From Nitrospira sp. (GTDB lineage Bacteria > Nitrospirota > Nitrospiria > Nitrospirales > Nitrospiraceae): a stretch of DNA of 64,000 nucleotides. The DNA lies in assembly GCA_047150005.1 (NCBI GenBank), contig AP038806.1, forward strand, positions 1,600,001 to 1,664,000, given 5' to 3'. The position numbers were made by a program, and so were the translations under genes. How positions within the stretch are numbered: the stretch's first letter is position 1; each line of letters begins with the position of its first letter. This document shows, in pieces, positions 29,781-38,384 of the stretch. The notes beneath the pieces were generated by a model, which saw only the letters and a list, made by a program, of their open reading frames with translations, was not told the DNA's origin and searched no databases.

Positions 29781-30407
29781 TTACCGAGTTGTTTCCCTTG
29801 CCGCCAACCACGCATGAACGTCCGCGATGTCCTGCATGCTCAGCACCGAACCCCAAGCCGGCATCGGTCCGCGGCCGTGCAAGACTGTCTCCCAGAAGAG
29901 GTCTTCGTGCTTGAGAATGGGATTGCCCGCCAGCTTCGGCCCCATCCCTCCGCCGGCACCGGCGCCATGGCAGGCTTGGCAGTTGTGTTCGAAGATGCCG
30001 GCGCCTCGTTGCGTCACGCCGACCAGCGGACCGTCGGCCTGCATTTCCTGATTCAGGGGTTCCGCCGTCCCCAACTCGATCGGTGCCAGCTGTTCGGGTG
30101 CGCCCGGGTGGTACCGGGCAGACAGATACCGCACGAGCAGACCTGTCTCGTCCCGTGAGATCTGAGCCCCCCAGTGCTCCATCTTTTCAATGATCGCCTC
30201 CCATCGCTCGCGCGGCAACCTCTGTTGCGTGATGAGATCTTCGCTGTGGCAAACGGTGCAGCGGGCGACGATCAGGCCTTCCCCCCGCGGGGCGAGGGCG
30301 ACCGCAATCGAGTCGTTGTCATCCTCCTGCGCGGCCGTTGTCAGGACAACGGCCAAGAGGCCGCAGATGATCACGATGCCGGTGATTGCCCGCATGTCTC
30401 GCCTCAC
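29781..30407 (-). CDS. Diheme cytochrome c, SorB-like N-domain
   Basis: CTVCHSEDLITQQR...W...KM...GA (SorB-like) plus CQACH; directly downstream of the sulfite oxidase. Confidence 0.82.
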   Translation of the reverse strand: MRRDMRAITGIVIICGLLAVVLTTAAQEDDNDSIAVALAPRGEGLIVARCTVCHSEDLITQQRLPRERWEAIIEKMEHWGAQISRDETGLLVRYLSARYHPGAPEQLAPIELGTAEPLNQEMQADGPLVGVTQRGAGIFEHNCQACHGAGAGGGMGPKLAGNPILKHEDLFWETVLHGRGPMPAWGSVLSMQDIADVHAWLAARETTR

Positions 30408-30415
30408 AGTTTTCC

Positions 30416-30482
30416 AAGGGGTCAGGAACCATTTGTCGGGACGACCCGCAGGGCGCTGCGCGCAAATGGTTCCCGACCCCTT
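30416..30482. repeat. REP-like inverted doublet (20-bp arms, 1 mismatch)
   Basis: AAGGGGTCAGGAACCATTTG ... CAAATGGTTCCCGACCCCTT. Confidence 0.8.
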
Positions 30483-30557
30483 CCTTCATACGAGGGGAAG
30501 AGACACCGCGCGCGCCTGCCGAAGCCATGTGACGGGCAGGCCGCGCGAAGAAGGGTG

Positions 30558-31763
30558 TCAGTCCCCGACCGTGACGGTCACCCGGTCCCAGCCGTTCCAA
30601 AGAAATCCGCCCGGGTTCCAGGATGAGGTGGCCGGCTGCGCGGCCCCCGATTCGTCCGTGGCGCGGCAGAAGATCGAAACGGAGCCGGGAGCGCGCGGAG
30701 TCCAGATCAACTGCCACTGTCGCCAAGCGTAAGGGTGCTCCTCTCCAACCAGCCGAGCCGGTTGCCAGTTCTTCCCTTCATCAAGAGAGACTTCCACCGC
30801 GAGAATCTTCGACCCCCCGCTCCAGGCCACGCCCTGAATCATGACCGGAGCCAAGGGCACTCCGGCCCCTTCCGCCGGCGCAGCGATGAGCGACTTCACG
30901 ACCATCATTTCCACTGGTTTGGTCCTGTGGCTCCCTACCGCCGTTCCCGGTTCAATTGGGTCCACTGGGAGTCGGTAGGCCGCCTGCATATAATAGCCGT
31001 CCGACTCTTCGGACAGCAGGGTGATGTCCGTCAGCCATTTCGTGCAGGAATCCGCCATCCAGCCCGGCGTGATGACCCGGAGCGGCGCACCGTGCAGGAG
31101 CGGAAGCGGACGCCCGTTCATTTCGTAGGCGAGCAACGTGTCCGGATGAAGCGCCTTCTCCAGCGGGATGCTTCGGGTGAACAGCGGTACCGATGGCACA
31201 GCCGGTCGATCTGCTCCTTGAAACTGCACGTGGCGTGCGTTGTTGCGGATGCCTGCGAGCCCGAGCACCTCGCGCAGCCGCACCCCGGTCCATTGCGCGT
31301 TGCCGACGGCGCCCCGATCCCATTGCACGCCGGGAACCCGAGGCCGGTAATACGCGCGGCCGTTGCCGCTGCATTGCAGCACTGCGGTGACGGTCACGGT
31401 CTCCAGGCGCTTGATGTCCCGCAGGCTCAGCTCCTTGGGTTGTTCGACCAAGCCGGCGATGCGGAGTGTCCAGTCGGCTTCGGCAATGGACTCGGATGGA
31501 GGCGGGCCGAAATGGCTTCGCACGAAGAAGCGGTGATTGGGGGTGAGAAAGGACACGAACTCGCGGGCCGGAGTTTCGGCGTCGAACGGCCGACCCACCC
31601 GGATCATCAACGGTCCGGTATCTCTGTGGATATCAGCATGCTCGATCGCCTGCGCGGCCGCAGGCCGTCCGCCCATCAGAAGTCCTGCCCCGGCGCCGCC
31701 TCCCAGCAGCCACTTCAGCCAGGTCCGACGCGAACAGCCCGGCTTCGATCCGCCGAGGCTCAT
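30558..31763 (-). CDS. Sulfite oxidase family molybdoenzyme (SorA/SoxC-like), Tat-exported
   Basis: SRRTWLK Tat motif; FFVRSH, LQCSGNGR (Mo-Cys), GNAQWTGV, HGAPLR, KWL; dimerisation domain. Confidence 0.9.
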   Translation of the reverse strand: MSLGGSKPGCSRRTWLKWLLGGGAGAGLLMGGRPAAAQAIEHADIHRDTGPLMIRVGRPFDAETPAREFVSFLTPNHRFFVRSHFGPPPSESIAEADWTLRIAGLVEQPKELSLRDIKRLETVTVTAVLQCSGNGRAYYRPRVPGVQWDRGAVGNAQWTGVRLREVLGLAGIRNNARHVQFQGADRPAVPSVPLFTRSIPLEKALHPDTLLAYEMNGRPLPLLHGAPLRVITPGWMADSCTKWLTDITLLSEESDGYYMQAAYRLPVDPIEPGTAVGSHRTKPVEMMVVKSLIAAPAEGAGVPLAPVMIQGVAWSGGSKILAVEVSLDEGKNWQPARLVGEEHPYAWRQWQLIWTPRAPGSVSIFCRATDESGAAQPATSSWNPGGFLWNGWDRVTVTVGD

Positions 31764-32176
31764 GGTGCCGCCTCGTCTCGGCCTGCTTGGTGCAATGAGA
31801 TGTCGATCGTCGGTCCCGTCACGATCGATTGATGCACCGTGCAACGCTGTGCCGTCTTGAGGAGCCGGTCCTTCAGTTCGGGCGGCACAGGCTGCGGCAA
31901 GTGCACGACCAGCTCAATGTGTCCGACACGATGCGGTCCCTCCTCCATCGTCCATTCAGTCTCGACGGCCAAGCCTTCCCGCGGAATATCGTGTCGCGCG
32001 CAGAACCGTCCCACAAAATATGCGACACAAGCGGCTATCGATCCGACAAACAGTTCTACCGGGCTCATGCCGGCATCTTCGCCTCCGTCCGGCACCGGTT
32101 GATCCGTCACGAGATGATGACGGCCGCTGGTGATGTCGTACCGTACGCCCCCTTGATAGGTCGCGCGCAGTTTCAT
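31760..32176 (-). CDS. OsmC family protein
   Basis: DQP...GEDAGMSPVELFVGSIAAC ... CTVHQS. Confidence 0.85.
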   Translation of the reverse strand: MKLRATYQGGVRYDITSGRHHLVTDQPVPDGGEDAGMSPVELFVGSIAACVAYFVGRFCARHDIPREGLAVETEWTMEEGPHRVGHIELVVHLPQPVPPELKDRLLKTAQRCTVHQSIVTGPTIDISLHQAGRDEAAP

Positions 32177-32238
32177 AGTCCGGATCGCCCCCGTGGTCCC
32201 GGTTTCCGATGTGAGCATGCGGCAGCTACGATGCCGCC

Positions 32239-32457
32239 CTAGTGTTTGGCCGCGGGATTCGTCGCACAGGTATTGAGCCCCAGCAGCGCCCACAGCGGGC
32301 AGAAGCTGATGGCTCCCGTCACCAACGCGATGGTTCCCACGACGAGCGCGACGCCTGTCACCATCGGAGACAAGCCGGCAAAAGCTCCGATCCCCAACAG
32401 CAAGATGCCCAACAGAATCCGTACGGATCGTTCGACAGTTCCCACGTTGCATGGCAT
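32239..32457 (-). CDS. DUF2892 (YgaP-like) membrane protein
   Basis: NVGTVERSVR, two TM segments, FCPLWALLGLNT. Confidence 0.85.
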   Translation of the reverse strand: MPCNVGTVERSVRILLGILLLGIGAFAGLSPMVTGVALVVGTIALVTGAISFCPLWALLGLNTCATNPAAKH

Positions 32458-32528
32458 CAGGCACCTCCTTGTCATGTCCTACCTAACTCTGAGGCAGTAT
32501 GGATCAGAAGGATTCATCGATCCAACAG

Positions 32529-32544
32529 TGCGACGGTCATGCCA
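32529..32544 (-). promoter_or_regulatory. Sigma54-type promoter candidate
   Basis: Minus strand TGGCAT-GACCG-TCGCA upstream of the DUF2892-OsmC-sulfite oxidase genes. Confidence 0.42.
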
Positions 32545-32651
32545 GGGGGACACGTTGGAGAACGAACGGGTTTTGAGGTGACTGGGGTCAAATTCCCCAG
32601 GGCCGGAGGAAGAGCCGACGCAAGATGCCACAGCTGCGGCTTTTGATTCTC

Positions 32652-33857
32652 TCAATCCTGATCCAACAGTTCGTGGACCGATCGGGCGATCTCGCTTTCT
32701 TCGTCAGTCGGGATCATGCGCACGGTCACCCGTCCGCCCTGTCCGGACAGCACCGGTTCGCCGGATTGGTTTCGCTGCGGATCGATGGTGATCCCCAGGA
32801 ACTCGATGCCCTCGCAGATCCGCGCGCGAACCGGCGCCGCATGTTCGCCGATGCCGCCGCTGAAGACCAGTGTGTCCAATCCGCCCAACGCTGCGGCCAG
32901 GGCTCCGACCGCCTTCTTGGCATGGTAACAGAAGAGCGCGACCGCTTCGGCGGCTCTGGGATCATCCGCTTCCTTCGCCAGCAAATCACGCATGTCCGGA
33001 CTAAGCTCGGACACACCGAGGAGCCCCGATTCCTCATTGACCATCCGGTGGAACCGCTCCACGTCCATCCCCTCCGTCCGGGCCAAGTAGGCAATGATCC
33101 CGGGATCCAAGTCGCCAGAACGGCGGCTCATGGGCAGCCCCGAGGTCGGTGTAAATCCCATCGTGGTTTCCACGCTGTTGCCTCGATGCACCGCTGTCAG
33201 ACTGGCTCCATTACCCAGATGGGCCAGGATGACTCGGCCGTCCGCTTCTCCGGCTTTCCCGACGCGCGCCAACTCTCGCATCAGAAAAGCGCAGGAGAGA
33301 CCATGAAATCCGTATCGCCGAAGTCCCTGCGCGTCGTAGCGCCGGGGAATCGGCAGCAGGGAGGCCACACGAGGTAGATCGTGGTGGAACGCCGTATCAA
33401 AACAGGCGAATTGAGGAAGGTGCGGACATCGTCGACCGACGGCTTCAATCAGGGAGATTTCCGACGGCAGGTGCTCTGGATCGTACGGACTGAGCCGTTC
33501 CAACTCCGTCAGCATACCCGGCGTGACACGTTCGGGTCGACTGTAGGTCAAACCGCCATGGACAATACGATGACCGACCGCGCGAATATGGTCGAGGCCG
33601 ACCGACTGCTCCAACCACCCCAGGACCAATTCCGCACCGGCGGTATGGTCGGGGACTGACAGCGTCCGACGCTCGGTCTCACCATCCATCCGTGGGATGA
33701 CGTCCATCGTGCTGTCCGGAAATCCGATCCGACTGACCAGGCAGCGTACCACTGGAATCAGATTGTTTCCGTTTCGGAAGAGGGCGACTTTGAGGCTGGA
33801 GGAACCTCCGTTGACAGTGAGAAGGAAGGGGCCGGAGCCGAATGCCGATCGCGCCAT
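32652..33857 (-). CDS. ackA: Acetate/propionate kinase
   Basis: NGGSSSLK, GHRIVHGG, FDTAFH, RRYGFHGLS, HLGNGAS, TTMGFTP, FSGGIGE, IPTDEE. Confidence 0.93.
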   Translation of the reverse strand: MARSAFGSGPFLLTVNGGSSSLKVALFRNGNNLIPVVRCLVSRIGFPDSTMDVIPRMDGETERRTLSVPDHTAGAELVLGWLEQSVGLDHIRAVGHRIVHGGLTYSRPERVTPGMLTELERLSPYDPEHLPSEISLIEAVGRRCPHLPQFACFDTAFHHDLPRVASLLPIPRRYDAQGLRRYGFHGLSCAFLMRELARVGKAGEADGRVILAHLGNGASLTAVHRGNSVETTMGFTPTSGLPMSRRSGDLDPGIIAYLARTEGMDVERFHRMVNEESGLLGVSELSPDMRDLLAKEADDPRAAEAVALFCYHAKKAVGALAAALGGLDTLVFSGGIGEHAAPVRARICEGIEFLGITIDPQRNQSGEPVLSGQGGRVTVRMIPTDEESEIARSVHELLDQD

Positions 33858-34091
33858 GTTCAGATGTCCGGTACGGTACCGCCGTGAACGTTCCTTGCCG
33901 AAGATCGGGTACGATTCACCGAGTCTTCCATCATCATAATAGAAAGTGAGCAGGGAATAGGCAATCGGTCATGGACTGAGAGGCCGTTCGGCGCTGCCTG
34001 CGGGAGACCGATCGGAATGGGAGGTGCTTATCAAAGCCTGTGAGATTCGCTACTATGTCATGCCGATCATCGCCATGGTTTGGAGAGCAGG

Positions 34092-35546
34092 ATGCGGATC
34101 ACGTCGCCACTCCTCCTGTCGCTCGCTCTCGTCGGTTCATTGCTCTGTCTCTTTGTGTTGACCGGAGTCTTGCAGGCCCAATGGCCAGAGTGGCGATGGC
34201 ATCAGATGCCGCTCCACTCGACCATGGAAGCGCTCGGCGGACTGGCCTCGATCGCCATGGCGGTCATCCTGCTGCAGAAGCACAGCGAACGTGCCGGTCG
34301 TCGGTTGCGTGCTCCTGCGGCGGGGTTCCTCGGCATGGGCATCCTGGAGTTGTTTCACGCGACGGCGCAGCCGGGCGACGGGTTCGTCGTATTGCGGAAC
34401 ATGGCGAGCTTCATCGGCAGTGCCGGATTCGTGATGCTCTGTCGTCGTCGGCCCGATCAAGACGAGTCGGGACGAGCCTGGTTGCCCTGGGGCGTCACGG
34501 CCGGCGCGACGCTCTTCGGGATATTGACGATCGCGTATCCCGATCGGATTCCCGAGATGATTCGGAACGGGGAATTTACCCCGACGGCGGTGGCGCCGCA
34601 AAGTCTCGCCTGTCTATGCTTTCTCGCGGCTTCGGCGCGGCTGCTGTGGGACTATCGGCAATCGGCCGGCAGAGAGGATCTGGTCCTGGCCTCCCTGGCA
34701 GGTCTGTTCGGGGTGGCGGAACTGGTGTTCATGTACTCGATTCCGTGGGATGGCCGTTGGTGGTTCTGGCACGGCCTGCGCCTGGCTGCGTATCTGCTCG
34801 TATTGGGGGAGGTCGGCCGGGGCTACCTCCGTACGATCTCGGATTTGAACCGGTCCTTGGAGCATACGACGGTGGTCCAGCGAGCACTACGGGAAAGTGA
34901 GCAAGACCTCCGGCGCAGTCTCGAGGATCGGGAACGGATCGCCCAGAATCTTCATGACGGCATCATCCAATCGCTTTATGCGGTCACCTTGAGCCTCGAA
35001 CGGTGCCAACGTTTCGTGACGGATCGGACCGGCGACGTCGTCGGTCTGCTGGGATCGGCCATTGCCGATCTCAAACTCGTCATCCGTGACTTGAGAGGTT
35101 ATCTGGTCGGACTGGAGCAGCCGATCCTCAACGGACGCGAGCTGGAAGCCGCATTCGGTTCCCTGGTACGGAGTATGGCGGGCCCGGCGCACCCGCTCTT
35201 CCGGTTGGTGATCGATCCGACGGCGGCCGACTTGGTCACACCCGAGCAGGCGGCGCACCTGTTGGCAGTCGCCCGGGAGGCGGTGAGCAACAGTCTCCGC
35301 CACTCCGGAGCCAGAACCGGCACGGTGTCGCTGTGCATGGATGCGGGCCACGTGCGTCTGATCGTGGAAGACGATGGAACGGGATGCCGGCCGCCGGCTT
35401 CCCATGACCAGGGACATGGGCTCAAGAATATGGCGGCCCGCGCCAGGGCGCTCAAGGGGAGGTTCGACATTTTGTCCGAGCCGGATCGCGGAACGCGCGT
35501 TATTTTCGATCTGCCTGATCACGAGGCGTCGCATGCGTCGGCCTGA
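34092..35546 (+). CDS. Membrane sensor histidine kinase (HisKA_3, NarX/DevS-like)
   Basis: Multi-TM N-terminus; RERIAQNLHDGIIQ, EAVSNSLRH, DDGTG, GHGLKNM. Confidence 0.9.
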   Translation: MRITSPLLLSLALVGSLLCLFVLTGVLQAQWPEWRWHQMPLHSTMEALGGLASIAMAVILLQKHSERAGRRLRAPAAGFLGMGILELFHATAQPGDGFVVLRNMASFIGSAGFVMLCRRRPDQDESGRAWLPWGVTAGATLFGILTIAYPDRIPEMIRNGEFTPTAVAPQSLACLCFLAASARLLWDYRQSAGREDLVLASLAGLFGVAELVFMYSIPWDGRWWFWHGLRLAAYLLVLGEVGRGYLRTISDLNRSLEHTTVVQRALRESEQDLRRSLEDRERIAQNLHDGIIQSLYAVTLSLERCQRFVTDRTGDVVGLLGSAIADLKLVIRDLRGYLVGLEQPILNGRELEAAFGSLVRSMAGPAHPLFRLVIDPTAADLVTPEQAAHLLAVAREAVSNSLRHSGARTGTVSLCMDAGHVRLIVEDDGTGCRPPASHDQGHGLKNMAARARALKGRFDILSEPDRGTRVIFDLPDHEASHASA

Positions 35547-36195
35547 GGCCAAAACGATCCGACTGTTGCTGGTGGACGACCATGAGGTGCTGCGCATCGG
35601 CTTGCGCACGCTGTTTACCGAAGCCGGCGGGTTCGATGTCGTCGGAGAAGCCGGAACCGTGGCCGGCGCGGTCGCCGAGGCCCTGCGGCTCAAGCCGGAT
35701 ATCGCGCTGATGGATGTACGCCTGCCGGACGGCAGTGGAATCGAGGCCTGCCGATCGATTCGCGCAGCGCAGCCGGACATCGCCGTGCTGTTTCTGACCT
35801 CCTTTGCGGACGACAACGCGGTGCTGGCGACGATATTGGCCGGTGCCGGCGGATTTCTCCTCAAGGAGGTCGGCGGCGAGCAACTGATCAACGCGGTGAA
35901 GATGGTTGCCGGCGGTCAATCGATTCTGGATCGCGGCGCAACGCAGCGGGTGCTGGCCCATGTACAGACGATGACGGGCGGGACCGCCGCGGACCAGCGG
36001 GATCCGCTCTCGCCCCAGGAGCAGCGGGTCTTGGCGCTGGTGGCCGAAGGGCTGACCAACAAGGAAATCGCCGCCTCGCTTTCGCTGAGCGACAAGACGG
36101 TCGGCAACTATCTCAGTCATATCTTCCAGAAGCTTCACGTGACGCGCCGCACGCAGGCGGCGATGTACTTCACGCAACGACTTCCCAACAAATAG
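35533..36195 (+). CDS. NarL/DevR(DosR)-like response regulator
   Basis: LVDDHEVLR, MDVRLPDGSGIEAC, EGLTNKEIA, RRTQAA. Confidence 0.92.
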   Translation: MRRPEAKTIRLLLVDDHEVLRIGLRTLFTEAGGFDVVGEAGTVAGAVAEALRLKPDIALMDVRLPDGSGIEACRSIRAAQPDIAVLFLTSFADDNAVLATILAGAGGFLLKEVGGEQLINAVKMVAGGQSILDRGATQRVLAHVQTMTGGTAADQRDPLSPQEQRVLALVAEGLTNKEIAASLSLSDKTVGNYLSHIFQKLHVTRRTQAAMYFTQRLPNK

Positions 36196-36202
36196 AGGCG
36201 TT

Positions 36203-36222
36203 TTCCCCTATCGATAGGGGAA
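36203..36222. promoter_or_regulatory. Perfect 20-bp palindrome, candidate operator
   Basis: TTCCCCTATCGATAGGGGAA between the regulator and the DsrE gene. Confidence 0.5.
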
Positions 36223-36328
36223 GAAAAGTCGGCAGCGTCGGGGATCTCTCCTCTGTCGCTCCGGCCGGTGAATGGATAGGCTGTGCCCAGAAACCTTGCA
36301 ACAAGCCGTTCATCACAAGGAGGAACCC

Positions 36329-36802
36329 ATGAGGATGCCATCGATCATGCAGGTACCGGGAATCGCGCTGGCGCTGGTTGCCATCGGCGTTATGGCGGGC
36401 TGGTCGAGTCCGTCTCACGCCGCGGATGGAGTTCCCAATGAAAAGGTCAAGGTGCTGTACCACGTCGACGGGAAGGATCCGGAGGTCGCGAAATACGCGC
36501 TGGCGCTCATCAACAAACACATCGATGCGGAAGGAGGCCCGGACAAGATCGACGTGGAGCTGGTCGTCCACGGCCCCGCGCTCGAGCTCTTCGAGAAAGA
36601 CAACATGGATGCCGAGATGGCGAAGCGGTTCGGCCAGATCATCGAAAAGGGCGCCAAGGCCGAGATGTGCCAGGTGTCCATGAAGGCCTTCGGGAAGACG
36701 ATCGACAACTTGGCGAAGGGATTCGTTGCGACGTTGCACCCGGTTGCCGTCAAACGGATCGCGGATCTTCAGAAGGAAGGCTACCTCTACATCAAGCCGT
36801 AA
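36329..36802 (+). CDS. Periplasmic DsrE family protein
   Basis: Signal (SHA-A); KVLYHVD, VVHGPAL, EMCQVSM, LQKEGYLYIKP. Confidence 0.82.
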   Translation: MRMPSIMQVPGIALALVAIGVMAGWSSPSHAADGVPNEKVKVLYHVDGKDPEVAKYALALINKHIDAEGGPDKIDVELVVHGPALELFEKDNMDAEMAKRFGQIIEKGAKAEMCQVSMKAFGKTIDNLAKGFVATLHPVAVKRIADLQKEGYLYIKP

Positions 36803-36821
36803 CATAAGGAGGACCGCGATC

Positions 36822-37343
36822 ATGTCTCGCATCACCGCAGCCATCCTTGGTCTGGTCATCGGGCTGGCCGAGCCGGCGGGATTCGGTGTCGGAACGGGAG
36901 TACCGGCGGCCGACGCGGCGTCCAGCGTCGCGCCGGCCTTCGAACTGGTGACCCTGTCGGGAGAGGCCTACAGTCATGCCTCACTCAGAGGTAAACCGGC
37001 GCTCCTGGTTTTCTGGGCTCCCTGGTGCAAGGTCTGTCAACGCGAGCTGCCGGCCCTTGCGTCGTTTTACGAACGAGACAGGCCAAGCGCGCTTCAGGTC
37101 GTGTCGATCGGATTTGCCGACACGAGGAGCAATGTCGAAGCCTTCGTGAAAGAGCGCGCCGCCACCTTCGTCTTTCCCACGGCCTACGATGAAGACCGCT
37201 GGACGGCTCAGGTCTTCAAGGTCAATGCCACGCCGACCTATGTGTTGCTGGACGCCCGTGGCGACATTGTGTTGGTCCATCGTGGAGGCGGGATTCTCCA
37301 GAATCCTCAGTTTCGAGAGTTCCTCTCGACGCTCAAAGGATGA
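36822..37343 (+). CDS. TlpA/ResA-like thiol-disulfide oxidoreductase
   Basis: FWAPWCKVC, ATPTYVLLD. Confidence 0.87.
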   Translation: MSRITAAILGLVIGLAEPAGFGVGTGVPAADAASSVAPAFELVTLSGEAYSHASLRGKPALLVFWAPWCKVCQRELPALASFYERDRPSALQVVSIGFADTRSNVEAFVKERAATFVFPTAYDEDRWTAQVFKVNATPTYVLLDARGDIVLVHRGGGILQNPQFREFLSTLKG

Positions 37344-37391
37344 CGTGATCCCTCGACAGCGGGAGAGAATGCCGACACCCTGGCCGACGGC

Positions 37392-37643
37392 GTGACGTGG
37401 CTGGCCTTTTACGCGCTGGGACTGGGGCTGCCGCTGCTGGCGGCGGCGCTGGGATCGGACCGCTGCCTCGTCTATCTGAAGCAGGCGGGGCCCTGCTCGA
37501 ACCTGCTGTCGAAAGCAAGCGGCATGCTTCTTATTGTGTTCGGAGCTGTGCTGTACGCCAATGCCTTCTCGAACGTGACCGCCTTCTTCGAACGGAACGG
37601 GATCGGCGTGTCGGTGGATCTGGAGGACGGTCCGCCTGACTAA
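37392..37643 (+). pseudogene. C-terminal fragment of a CcdA-type cytochrome c biogenesis protein
   Basis: YALGLGLPLL...SGMLLIVFG (last two CcdA TMs); N-terminal PC motifs absent; follows the TlpA gene. Confidence 0.6.
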
Positions 37644-38128
37644 TCGCTGCGGGCCAACACGGCGGCGGCGACGAGCACCGCGAGCGCAGTCAGAAGCGCC
37701 AGGCGCGGAACCAATCGGGATGCGCTCAGCAGGAGCAGATCCTGCGTCGTACGAGCCGCGGCCGGCTGCGAGCCGATGCGGAGAACGCGGGGGCCGAGGA
37801 GGAGGTCATGCAAGAACGTGAACAGGAGGAGCAGGCCAACGAGCGTCAGCTTCACACATAGGACGTAGGGCCACGACGACGGCTCCGTGATGGATAGCCC
37901 TCTGGCTTCCAGCAGCAGCGGACCGGTCCCGATCAGGATGACGATCGTCAGTCGGACGACGAGCCGAAAGCGGCGGGCGGCCATGCCGAACAAGACCTTG
38001 AAGGAGGATGGGTCGTCGGCCTGCCGCAACAGCGGTGCCAGGACCAACGATAGAAACAGCATGCCGCCGATCCATGTGACGGCGGCGCCGATGTGCAGGG
38101 AGATGAGAACCAACGAGAGATCGGACAT
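37640..38128 (-). CDS. CopD/DUF4149-like membrane protein
   Basis: LHIGAAVTWIGGMLF, four TMs, LHD. Confidence 0.72.
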   Translation of the reverse strand: MSDLSLVLISLHIGAAVTWIGGMLFLSLVLAPLLRQADDPSSFKVLFGMAARRFRLVVRLTIVILIGTGPLLLEARGLSITEPSSWPYVLCVKLTLVGLLLLFTFLHDLLLGPRVLRIGSQPAAARTTQDLLLLSASRLVPRLALLTALAVLVAAAVLARSD

Positions 38129-38384
38129 CAGCAATCAGTTACGCATCGTAGCAATGGCAGGTCGTCGACGTTTGCCGCTGCCGTACCGGCTCGCGTTCAG
38201 GAGGTACGCTTCGAGACCATACGTGATTCCCGGTCGATCCTCAAGGACCGATCCGGCTTCGAACCGGCCGGTGCGAGGACGCGATCCCCTGTGCTCCCGT
38301 CTTGGTTCGGCTGAGACTGATTGAGCGCGGGATCGGAACGGAGGTGTGCTGACCTACCGTGGCGCGACGGAGGCCGCATCGCGC

